Under the pieces are notes generated by a model. It did not search any database and was not told the DNA's origin. It saw nothing but the letters and a program-made list of their open reading frames with translations. A stretch of 64,000 bases of DNA, from assembly GCA_021613535.1 (NCBI GenBank), contig CP075492.1:11656001-11720000 (forward strand). The letters run 5' to 3'. The DNA comes from Adineta vaga. Its lineage: Eukaryota > Animalia > Rotifera. The translations under genes were made by a program, and so were the position numbers. This document shows positions 27,168-39,400 of the stretch, one piece after another (within the stretch, counting starts at the first letter, position 1; each line of letters begins with the position of its first letter).

Positions 27168-29356
27168 TTATATAAGATGTGTTCGATCTTCTGTCTTCAT
27201 ATTAATTTCACCATTGCCATCTGGTGTTGATTTATAAGATGTAGATATTGTAATACGATTAGAATGTTTTAAACCTAGTCGTAATAAAATTGGTTCACGC
27301 CAAATAAATAAGATGACGGCAAGAGAGAGAACAACGACACCTCCAACTACACCAGCTACAATCGGCACAATTGGTGGACCTTTCGTTGAAGAGCTGAATT
27401 CTGTTGTATTCCTTTGATCTTCACTATATTTTGTAGTTGATACAGTTGTTGTCACTGTAGTTGTACTTGTTGTTGTTAGTGTAGTTGTACTTGTTGTTGT
27501 TAGTGTAATTGTACTTGTTGTTATTGGTGTAGTTATACTTGTTGTTGTCACTGTAGTTGTAATTATAGATGCGATGTATATAGCTCAGTTGATCCAATCG
27601 ATACTAGTCATCAGTATCGTGGTGATTTCAGTGACTACTGTAGTTGTCGAGATCGACTCAGATGGACATTTTAAGACTGAATAGCCACCCGAACCTATAT
27701 AAAACCATGTATATGAATCAAAGTATTCATATATAATCACATTCTACTTTACATCGTTTCGATGATACAACTATATGATCCAATGATACTATACCCAATC
27801 CATCCGTTGTACCCTTTTGTGCTTCAAACACAATCTGATATGTTATGATGCAATATGTCTCTGCCTAGTAATTATCAAAGTTCAAACTCTACCTTATATC
27901 TTCCATCTGTTTCCAGTCGTAGTGGTGACTCTGCTGCTATCCATCGATCGGGTATACTTGATCCATTTGTATGCCACATGCATGTTTGTTCACCACTCCA
28001 GTAATCTTCTACATATACATTTAACCAGTCATTATCGCTACCAGCAATATTATAATGAAATTGTACACATCCTTCATCTGACAATGCATCAAGAACTGGA
28101 GAATCAAACTGAGATCGTTCACCTATGTCATCGAATTGATTTGTTTGAATTTGAACAAAGCCACCTATTCATTACACAAGAGAAAAAAACAAAATAGTTA
28201 CATACAGAAACTATTATGAAAAGAATGTATACCATCACGACAGGTGAACCATTTGTTATCATTTCCTTTGCATTGATAATTCTGCTTATTTGGTATACAG
28301 TAGTAGTACTGAATAGAGTTTTCTTCGAACGGTATTTTACACAACTTACCATCACCATTCGATCTCACTATCGTTGAAAACATATTTAAGAAGAAGATTT
28401 TCTAGTATATATTACTATAAATACGTACTGATACTACTGTAATCACTCGATGGACCAATAGTAATATTTTCTTCTCTTTCATGAATGACCTTCCATCCAT
28501 ATTTCGTATCACTTTTCCATCCACAGAGTTCTTCATTCACATCAAAATCACAACTAGCATTGAATCGAGTTCGAGGTGTTGTTGTGGATGTTGGTTTCGG
28601 TGTTCTTGTAATGATTGGCACTGAAATACTTTAAATAAAAATACGATATGAAAAGTAGTTGCAATTCACTTGGTTCGCCTTCTAGAACAATATCATCAAT
28701 GGCGATATCAGATGATCGACCTAGATCAGGTCGATTAGCAACAATCGCAATCTAAATAAATATATGTGTTTGAGATGAGTGAAGAACTTTAAACATCGGT
28801 ATATACTTCAAGTTCTTCACCAGCATTTAATGTGATATTTGCTTGATACCATGCTGGAAATCCTTGTCGTCCACTTTTCTCCCATTCAGTTTGATTATTC
28901 ACAACAAATGCTAATGTTCCGATTCGGGTACCATGCATGAAATACCAGAATGTAAAACGAGTCGGATTTTGGAGATAGACACTAGTATTCATCATTCCAA
29001 TATTATCAGTTTCAGGTAAAAGATTGGCCATAAAACGAACATAATTACCATCTTGAGAAAAGAAAAAGAATCTTCAATATAACACATATAGACGAATGAC
29101 TTACTTGCAGTTGTATGATCCATAGTAGGACCAGAACTTGCTGTATCTGGCGTACTACCGGATGGATATATCCTCCATGGCATATTTAATGTCCACGCAC
29201 ACTCATCAATTTCAAAATCACATGAAACTGTTTCACTTACAATCTTAGAGCAATGTTCTATAGATATCGACGTATTCAAGTTTATTTACTTGCAAATATA
29301 ATATTCCACTTACTGGAAAGTAGATATATGATGATGATTATACCTTGACTATGCAT
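27168..29356 (-). CDS. Type I membrane protein B: tandem paralogue of A (MAM, MAM plus FN2-like insert, shorter mucin stalk, TM)
   Basis: Same exon layout and motifs as 24044-26677 (CDFEIDECAW, FTFWYFMHG, CKIPFEENSIQYYYC, CVQFHYNIAG). TM IVPIVAGVVGGVVVLSLAVILFIW. Confidence 0.8.
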
Positions 29357-29693
29357 TTTGCCGTATAAATGACGAAAACTGAACTTGATATTATCTTTCT
29401 TTCTTATCTTTCATTGCATACAGAAAACATTCAGAATGTCCGTGCGAAAAGTCTTACATATCATCTGTTTTGAAGTAGGCAACTTTACCTTATAACTTTG
29501 ACGTCAGTGAGAAAGAAAAAACTTGTAACCATTAACGAACAAGAAACAACGTGGTTTTTATATTTATAAAAACAATCAACAAAAAAGTAGATCTTTTTCA
29601 TTTTCTCTCTCTTTTTTTCTTAACAAAAAAAAATGATGTTAAAATATTCAACTGTTCGTAAATAGATAACAAATACTAAATAGAAGATTTTGT

Positions 29694-32600
29694 TTATAAT
29701 TTATCATAATAATCATCAAGTGGTGGGATTCCTTCTTTCAATCCTTTACGTTTACGGATATCATAGATGATTTGACGGATCTTGGATGAGTCATCAAATG
29801 GATCTTGATTCATGACTTGCCAGTGATCAAAGACACATTGTGGAAAAGCTTGACCACCTGTATTTGAACGAAGATCAGCAGTGAAACCTAAATGAAAATC
29901 AAATGGATATTTATTTTCTTGCAATTTCTCATAAATATGATTCTCTTCTTACCGAAAGATTCATTGACAGGTAAATAAGCTTTAACAATAAACATAGGTG
30001 TACCAGTAACTTGATGTTCTTCGAAAACATGACCACGACGACGATTCAATACACCATAGATACCACCAACAGCAACTTCAGGACACTATAAAAACATGAT
30101 ATCCAGTCTTAATTGAAAATTTTTCTGTTATCAATATCAATACATACTTGAACTTCGCAAAGATATACGGGTTCGTAGAGACGAGGTTTAGCTGTAAGCA
30201 TACCGGCATAAAGAACACGACGACATGTGGGAATAATTTGACCACCACCACGATGGATAGCATCAGCGTGTAATGTAACATCATGAATATCGAAACGAAC
30301 ACCACGAACGTTTTCTTCGGCAAGAACACCTTCTTTGGTTGCCCATTGAAAGCCAGCAATACAACTGTCTTTAATTTCATTCAAGTATTGAACACCTTTA
30401 GTACAGTCCATTAAAAGATTTGGTCCTGTGCCTTCAGGTCCGAAACACCAGATTTTACGTGCTTCATTGACATCATAGTCATATTTCTCATTCAAATAAC
30501 GAGCACGAGCTTTGAATTCTTGACGTGGTGTAACTTCACCTTTGTCAATATCTTCTGCTAAACCATCAGGCATGGGTCGTGCTTTTAAGAAGATACGATT
30601 GTGTTTGTTTGGTGATTTCGATAAACACATAATGTCTGATTCTTCAGAAACAGTTTCACGATATGAAACGACTGGATCAGAAACTTTAATTGGAATACAA
30701 GCATGATCTTCTTCAAGATCTTTTAAGCAAATTTCCAAATGTAATTCACCAGCACCAGCAACAATGTGTTCACCAGATTCTTCGATGATACATTGAACCA
30801 TAGGATCTGATTTAGCTAAACGTTTTAGACCTTCAACTAATTTTGGTAAATCAGCTGGATTTCTAGGTTCAACAGCAACACGCACGACAGGGCTGACACT
30901 GAATTTCATGACCTACAAGATATCAATCCGCATAAATTTGCAGTTCAATACAATGATAAAAAAGAACTTACACGAAGATTGTGTGCATTTTCGAAGGTAG
31001 TGATTGTACCAGTTTTAATTAAATATTGATCAACACCGACAAGACCACAGATATTACCACATGGTACATCTTCAATTGGTTCAGTATAACGACCCATCAT
31101 GAGAATTGTTCTATAGAAATGAAAATAGAAGCAATTATTAAGAAAGAATTTTCGATGGATCGTAAAGAAAAGAATTGAATTGTTATAAAAATCAGACTTG
31201 GAATATGTTCCATCAATGTAAAATTCGGATGGGGAATCCTAATCTCATCATATTTTTACAAATATGTATATATGTAAAAAAGAAGAAAGAAGAAACTTTT
31301 CTTACCGTTGAATACTTTTAACGAAGAGATCATCCTTTTTGCCTGGTACATAGTTAGGACCCATGATACGTGCTTTTTGACCAGTTTGAACAACACCGGA
31401 GAAGACACGACCGAAAGCATAGAAACGACCTTTATCAGATGTCGGTACCATTTTGGAGATGTACATCATCAATGGAGCAGTTGGATCGCAACTTTTGATA
31501 CCCAAAAAGGCTTCATCATCTTGTGGACCTAGAATACGAAGTATACACTTTGAGAAACACTTCATGTGAAATGAAAATAATCTCACCTTCATAGAGAAGT
31601 TCAGCACGATATTTTTGTGCAACGACAGGTGATGGTAAATGAATGGCAATCATTGTCAAAAGAACATCACCAGCTGGTAACCATTGTTTCATAACAAGTT
31701 TCAGTAATGGTTTTCCACCTTCTTCTAATTTATCCCGATCGTCACCTTGTAATTTAATGTTTAATTTATCGAGTAAGGCTAAGTATTCATCTTTCTTGCA
31801 ATCCATGATAGCTCTGAAAACTTTAAAGATAGGATCGAGAACGAATTGACAGAAACCACGAACATAGCCTAAAATAATCGACAGACATATACATCACCTA
31901 AAAAAAGAGAAGATATAAGAAGACATACCTTCACCACCGGATTTTGACCATTTCTTTTCACTGGGTGAGAAAAAGTTATCACCCCATAATCGTTTCATAA
32001 GTTTATCAACTTCAATTTTGAATTTTGATGCGTACATTTCAGCGAATTCTTTGAGTGTAAAAGCCCAGCCATGAAGACCAGCACCGAAACCAACTGTACC
32101 TTTTGTTGGATCAACCTAAAAGAAAAGACATTCTATTTACAATGACATCAATTAATAAAATAAAGGATTTGTTCCAACATTTGCTCTTATGTATTATGAT
32201 AGGAAAATCATCTACATCTTGATTATGAGGAAAAAGTTTTACTATTGGCAAAGTTGAACCACCGTATGCGTATGAAAAGGAAACACATTTGGTTGGCCTA
32301 TGAACTTGCCATGATCGAAAATGAGCAAGTTTTTTCTTTTTCTATTAACTTACTTGTAATTCACCCATTGGACCGCTATCATCACCATAGGTAGCAATGA
32401 TGACATTGACGTTTTCAACAATACGTTGAAATGTTTGAAAAAGATCTTCTTGTTGAAGTTGTAATTCAAGTAAAGCACGATCCATTTTATTCATGAATAA
32501 AATTGGTTTGATACGTTCGGCAATAGCTTGACGAAGTACTGTTTCAGTTTGTACGCATACACCTAAAATAATTCCATCAAAACGGTTAAATGCTATCCGT

Positions 32601-33150
32601 CATCGTTAGTTCAAGTTATTTACCTGAGACACAATCGACGACGACGAGAGCACCATCAGTAACACGTAAAGCAGCAGTAACTTCTGATGAGAAATCAACG
32701 TGACCTGGTGAATCAATAAGATTGATCAAAAAGTGAGTAATTTCTGGTTCACGTTCTTGTTTAATGAATACAAAATCTTTAGCTGGTAATTCATAATAAA
32801 GCGAAATAGCCCTTAAAAAAACATCCATAGAAACTTAACCCATCTCGAAGATAGAAAGGAGAATACATACGTTGATTTGATGGTAATACATCGTTCTTGT
32901 TCGTCCTTACGGGTATCAGTAAAACGCATTTCACCAGCCTTTTGCGAAGCAATGATACCAGCTTTGCACACGAGTGAATCAGTCAATGTTGATTTTCCGT
33001 GATCAACATGGGCAATGACGGACATGTTACGGATGTTTTTCTTCTTGTCCATCAAGCCTCGAATTTCGTCAACGGTGAAGTTAACCTGAAAAAAAAGTAA
33101 TCATTTCGTAGAATTACTGATGTTGCCTTCTGTAAAGAAAACTTTACCAT
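29694..33150 (-). CDS. EEF2: Eukaryotic translation elongation factor 2
   Basis: ATG followed directly by an intron, then [36 protein letters not shown], diphthamide loop [13 protein letters not shown]-terminus [12 protein letters not shown]. Confidence 0.98.
31186..31258 (-). ncRNA. Intronic box C/D snoRNA in eEF2
   Basis: On the eEF2 sense strand: C box ATGATGA (31251-31245), D' CCGA (31228-31225), C' TTGATGG (31216-31210), D box CTGA (31195-31192), closed by a TAAAAA/TTTTTA terminal stem. The host intron is about 3x normal length. Confidence 0.8.
32167..32312 (-). ncRNA. Intronic box H/ACA snoRNA in eEF2
   Basis: 5' hairpin TGGCAAGTT...AACTTTGCCA, followed immediately by H box ATAGTA (32245-32240), a second hairpin region, then ACA (32172-32170) plus 3 nt. 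About 145 nt, in an unusually long intron. Confidence 0.75.
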
Positions 33151-34261
33151 GATTGAATTTTTTTGTTAGTAAATTAATCAAACGAAATGATAGATAACTA
33201 TTCGGCCCAATTAACCGGGTTTTCTAAAAATAGAAGAAAAAAATAGGATTTCGAGGATCGAACTTATATTAGTTGAATCGAGTGCAAAAGAAATCCGTAG
33301 CAGATATACGAAGTATCGAGAACCTGGAAGACGAAACGACTGTCGAGTCGTGATGATAGATATACAGCGAGAGATATTTTATTTTGTTTTCTTTGCTGTT
33401 GTATTTTGTACTTATGAGGGTCGATAGGTTTTCGTGGAAAATAAATAATCAAAATATATCTTAAATTCAAATTTTCTTATTTTATAATTAGTTTCAAATT
33501 TAATTACGATTTTAATTCATTCAAGTAAACTCATATTAACACACTAATGCACTTCTGTTTCAATTCTGATTGATAGAAAAAGTGATTGCTTAGCAACAAA
33601 ATGAGTAATAGTAATGCAAACATTTAAAATACATGTACAAACACTATATACTATATGTATTTTCTGTGTCTTTGTTTTTTTTTCGGAAGGAACATCACGA
33701 TAAAGATGAAGTTACAAGGATATAATCATCATTCTCGTGACAAAATAATGTCAGCGATGACACGAAGAACTTTAACAATTCTTTTCTTTGTCAATAAAAC
33801 ATGCAAATCAAATTTCAATTACTTTTCTTTTATTTGATGACTTGTTCCTAAGTTTTACTTTCAATAGAATTACAATACATTGAATGAAATGAAAAAGTCT
33901 ATTTGATGATGTTCAATCAGTAAATAATCATTATACATATGTCAATATACATTGCTTTATTGAATTGATGAAAGATATGTATTGACAAAAAACGATCGAT
34001 AGAAAAAGAGTCATCAAAGAAAGAGAACAGATACATTTGAAATATTTATCGTCCAACAGAAACGTAATGCATCAAAGAAATAATTGACCTATATTTCATT
34101 CCATCTACTTAATCCTAAGCTGAACAACGATCGAAAAAAAGATAAGTATTCTTTTAGTTCTGTTTTGTTCTATTTATTTGATCATCACACAAAAATAAGT
34201 ATGATATATATATATGTATATGTATATATTTCAACGAGTAAGTTCTTTTTAAAGAAAAATC

Positions 34262-36045
34262 TTAATCGACAGGCTCTATATCAACAACTCGTGTTATCGT
34301 CGTATGATCATTCAGATTAGGTACCATAGGTCGCTTCAAAGGATTATTTCTTCCAGGCGGTGGAGTTGGTATTCTTGGTTGTTGATAGGTATTGCCTGTT
34401 CGATGATGAATAGCTGGCATGGTACGACTCGGTTCATTGACATTAACTGGACGACGAAAAGCGTCGATGTCTGAATTTTGTCGATTATTTGTTGGAGTAG
34501 TACGTGCAATAGGTGGAATAGGTCGTCGATTACTATTCGTCGGTTGTTGTCTTGTCGGACTTTCTCGATCGATAATTGACGAAAGATTTGAATCATTTCG
34601 TTGTGGATAAGGACCACCTGGGAAATCAACTACATTCGGATCAGATGATTGTACTAATCTTACTGATTTTAATATCGATGGTGGTCCTGTTTGTCGTAAT
34701 TTTGATGGTGGAGGTAAGATACGACGTGCAGGCGTTGTTATTCGTTTTTGTACGGGATTTTCATACAATTGACTTAAAGAACGTAAACTATCTGATGCTA
34801 CAGCTGGTCCCGTAAATACATCAGGTATATACGCTGGTCGAGCTGGTGTAGGATGTTCAACTCGATTTTCATATAATTCTGGTACGAGATCGACATATTG
34901 TGTTTTGAATGTTTTCCATTTTTCAGTTCGTTTGATTTTCTCAGCATGTCGATTGATTAATCGAATGCATGCTAATTTCAAAGGTTCAGAACCTGCTTCA
35001 TGTGCACATATTAGCATTTCAATAGCATTATCGATTGTAAGACGATAGAGAAGAAAATCTGCAATTTGTTTTCTTAGTTTTTCTAATTCGAATCGTTTAG
35101 CAGCGATAATTAAATCAGGTGCATTTTGAAGAGTAATTAAACAACGATTAGTATAGATAAAATTTAAGATTTCATTCATAACATCTGAATGAATATCATC
35201 AATACTTATCTGTAGAACATAATCATCATTCGTATTTGATTCGTGATATTCGCTAATCAAATGACGAAACCATGATGAACGTCCACCTGAATTTGTTTTC
35301 ATCAAAGAGAAAGAAATAGTAGTGGTTTTTACTGGATAGAAACTTTCTTACCAAGAATACAACGATGCACTTGAATTTTAACGTCATCTTGACATTGAAT
35401 TAATGTATCATAGAATAAACCATTTCTTAATACACCAAATAAATCTCCTTCTAAATCAGTTAATCCATGAAGATGTCGTTCACTTTCAGTTTGTGCATCT
35501 CGAGAACTTGGTAGACCATTTGGATCATAGATTGACATTGATGGAGTTTGATAAGATATCGAACCATTTACTGAATAGGAATCATCCGTTGTTTCAGCAA
35601 TCGAACCTTCTGATTGATCACGTTTTATTCCATATTCATCAATACTGATCATATTTTGACTATCAGCAATTGATCTATAAATAATTTGTTCATTTTCACC
35701 ACAATTTTGTATACGTAAATGATAATAAAGGCGTTCTCGTTTACAATAATATCGTATAACAAATGTTGAACTATTACAGAAAGGACACAATGCTCGAAGA
35801 CGTACACGACCTGTTGTTGTTGATTGTTCTTGTTGTTTTCGATAGGGTACAAGCATACCTGGTGGTGGTGGTTTCCCTTGATTATCAATACTAATACCAT
35901 CACTAATATTATTTGTTGCCACAGGATCAAGTAATGATTCATCTGTCAGTTGAAATGGTATTAATGATCGGCAACGTTCGCAATGAAGTGATTCAAAAAG
36001 AAGATATCCATGACAAGTACAGATCGTTTGAATTGAGATGAACAT
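34262..36045 (-). CDS. BTB/POZ (SPOP-like BTB-BACK) protein with Cys-rich N-terminus and Pro/Arg-rich tail, 2 exons
   Basis: FYDTLIQCQDDVKIQVHRCILG|GRSSWFRHL...IDDIHSDVMNEILNFIYT...DLIIAAKRFELEKL, a BTB signature. N-terminal CTCH/CERC/CPFC motifs. Confidence 0.8.
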
Positions 36046-36419
36046 GATTATAAATGGTAGTCGAAGAGAACAGAAAGCAAAATGTTGAAATCTGGTTGCT
36101 TGGTATCTATTGTTGAATATGATTATTTGATGATTATGGAAATGAAAATGCGATTTGTTTGCTTTCAATACTTATTTCGTTGCCTTCTTTTTATTTACGA
36201 ATTCTTAATAGAATTTTCTATGGTATCTTTTGTTAGATTTTAATTGGATGAGGTCCGCCTGAAAAGACTATCAAGAAATTTCCGATGATCTAGTCAGATT
36301 TTGATATTATATTTATGTAAAAAGTAAACTTGAACTGTTAAGAAGAATTCTTATATGAATTAATACAATTCCTATTTCATAGAAAGATTTGAATTTTCTA
36401 GATATAATTTATTCATTTC

Positions 36420-39400
36420 ATGACAACAGAATTTATGCTTAATTCAATCAGTATAAATGGTACTCTCTTTTCATCGGAGGAGAAAAAAAATATTAAACTT
36501 GTTCCAATAAATCCTAGTGTTTGCTTTGCAACAACAGCTTCACCATCATATACAAGCGCTTCCAATCCCATAGCAACAACTCATTCAACTCCTCAAACTT
36601 TTGTGCCAGTTATTAATATTCATGGAAAGAAATATTTTCCTGTTTATCTCAAACGATCATCGGATAATAATCATCAGGTTTGATTTTATTTCTCTATTCG
36701 AAAATATCGTTGATCAAATTTAGAAAAATCCATCTACAAATAAATCAATCGTCAATGAACAAAATGCTGTTGAAAAACAATCCATTCCACCAGCACCGCC
36801 ATTACCAAAATCTAAGCTTTACGTCGAACGCCTTGCAATCTCACAAGTCAGTTTATTACCAGCAAACTTTGATCAGAAACAACCACAAATACCAAAAAAT
36901 AAGTAAATATAAATTTGGTTATCAATCCTCTCTTTTTTCTGTAAGCCATTAAGTCTATAACTCGATATCTCTGATGGATGATTCATCCATTTCCTTCAAC
37001 TATGTTCAACCATTTTATGCATTTTTTGTATAGACAATCTATCAAAACTACTCCTCATACAGTCACTCGACATTCATCTGCAGCATATAAACATTCACGT
37101 GCTAAAACGATTCGTATTGGTAAAATTCGTTGGCCACCTCCACTTACCTCTGATGAAACTACCGATACCAATGAACAAAAGTCAGCCAATCATTATTTTC
37201 TTCTATTCACACAATAAAACATTTCCTATTTCTTTTTCTTCTTCAGACAATTGCTCATTCAACGTCGTGTTCAAAATGAAATTCATAATAATGAACATAC
37301 AAAAACTAGACAAAAACCAGTTGTCACATATAAACAACAAGTTCATTCTCAAATTGATAGAAAATTCTCTAAACATATCGACGAATCATTATTTCGAGGT
37401 ATGAATATCTCTTTTTCTATTTAATCAACGATTAACCTTTTATGTCAATAAGGATCATGACTTTCTAATGAGTCAATTAACTCTTTTCTTTTTCTCCTAT
37501 TCTCTTCTCTCTTCATTCATCTCACGTACGAAAATGCGGACTGAAACGAATCTTGAAGTGGGAAAACTGATAAGCTATTTTGAGAATTATATCAATGATT
37601 TAAATAAAGATTTAACATTAAGTTCCAAATCAAATCAACCTCAACAACAAATACGTACAACAAGTCAAAATACCTCACATTTCACAGTATCAAATAATGA
37701 TACTCCACGACCGACTTCTATAACTTTACCACCCGTCATTGATGAAGAAGAATCGCATCTAATAGAACCTGATCGAACTTTTACGGAAGATATCTACGAT
37801 CGTTTGACTTATCAAACAATCCTTCCAACAAATTCATATTCCAGTCGAGAACATCTATCCATAAAAAGTACAAAACGACGATGTCATCAAACAACAAAAA
37901 AACGTTTACATCGTCGTCGAGCACCAACTTATATCAAAGAATTAAAAGCTTATTTAGCACATCGTGAATCATCGACAAATGAAGTCGTAAAAATTTCTGA
38001 CGTGAAGCGATTTAGTAATGTTCTTGTTTGGTTATCAAATCAAACAACATCACCGTCATTAATTGAAACATCAACAATAACGCCGATGTCTTTGATTAAA
38101 ATTGATCATAAGAATATCGATAATCATTCACTATCGATTACAACAGATTCTGTAATCGCGCTCACACAAGAAACCACACAATCATATTCAGGCGCGAGAT
38201 TTTCCCTCTTATTGTCTTTGAAAAATACGGATTTATTAATTGTATTCATACTTTATTTTTAGATCCTGCAATACTACCATGCACGGATGGAGCAAATACA
38301 AGTAAATCATCATCAAAACAATCAAATAATTATCTAACTTATGATGATATTCGATGGAAATTAAAAATTCGAAAAGAAGTAATATATTAAGATACTTACT
38401 GATCACATTTGATATGTTTATTATTATAGGTATTTTCACCTGCGGAAACATTTGATCAACCACTTTTAATTGAATTATTGTATCTACAAATTATTCGTGA
38501 TATATTTTCATCAGTATGTGTTCGTATTAGTGAAGCTGAACGGACAAATATGAAAACATTTCTATGTAAGTCAGTATCAATTCTATTCAATCGAAATTAT
38601 TCTTTTATTTAGCTTCACATAGTGTAGTGACGATTGGTGATATTAATTTAATAAAAACTTCATTAACAAAGAAAGCGATTATTGAACAAGCACGACAATG
38701 GTCGTTATATTTCTGTCGATTATTTCCTATTTCAGTACGTAAATTGACTTACAGCTATTATTAATGATGTCATATCATTCTTTCTAGTCGTTAAATACGA
38801 ATTCAAACGAATTACAATTATTAGGCATATCTCATTCTGGTATTCGATTAGTTAAACGAAGTCGAACTACAACTAATGGAAGTATATTGAAAGTATTGGA
38901 AACATTTCCATTTGATGTTATTCAATGTGTTTCATCAATTCGAAATGCTTCTACTATTGATATAAAATTAATAAAAAAATCAATTACAATTCAATCTCAT
39001 CGGGTATTGAATTCTATAAAAACAAAACTATAAACGATAACATGGATGAAATTTATTATCTGATTTATAGATACAAAAGATTAAACAAATGATGAATAAG
39101 TTTTTAAATGAATTTCAAACGGATACAAAGAAACAATTACGTGCATCTAATCATGTAAGTTTGAACAGAAAAGATATCATTACTAAATTTAACAAATCTT
39201 TCCCGATATAAGATGTATCAGATCGATTTTTCTTTTCTTTCAGCATCCAACATCAACTTCAAGTGATATCTTTAAATCTTCAAGTCAAATTAGTCTGATG
39301 ACTTATAGTCAAACAATTAGTGAACTACATCCATCTCCATCATTGGAAATTCAGACACCAAAACCAACTTTATCTACATTACCATCCGGATGTTCAATGA

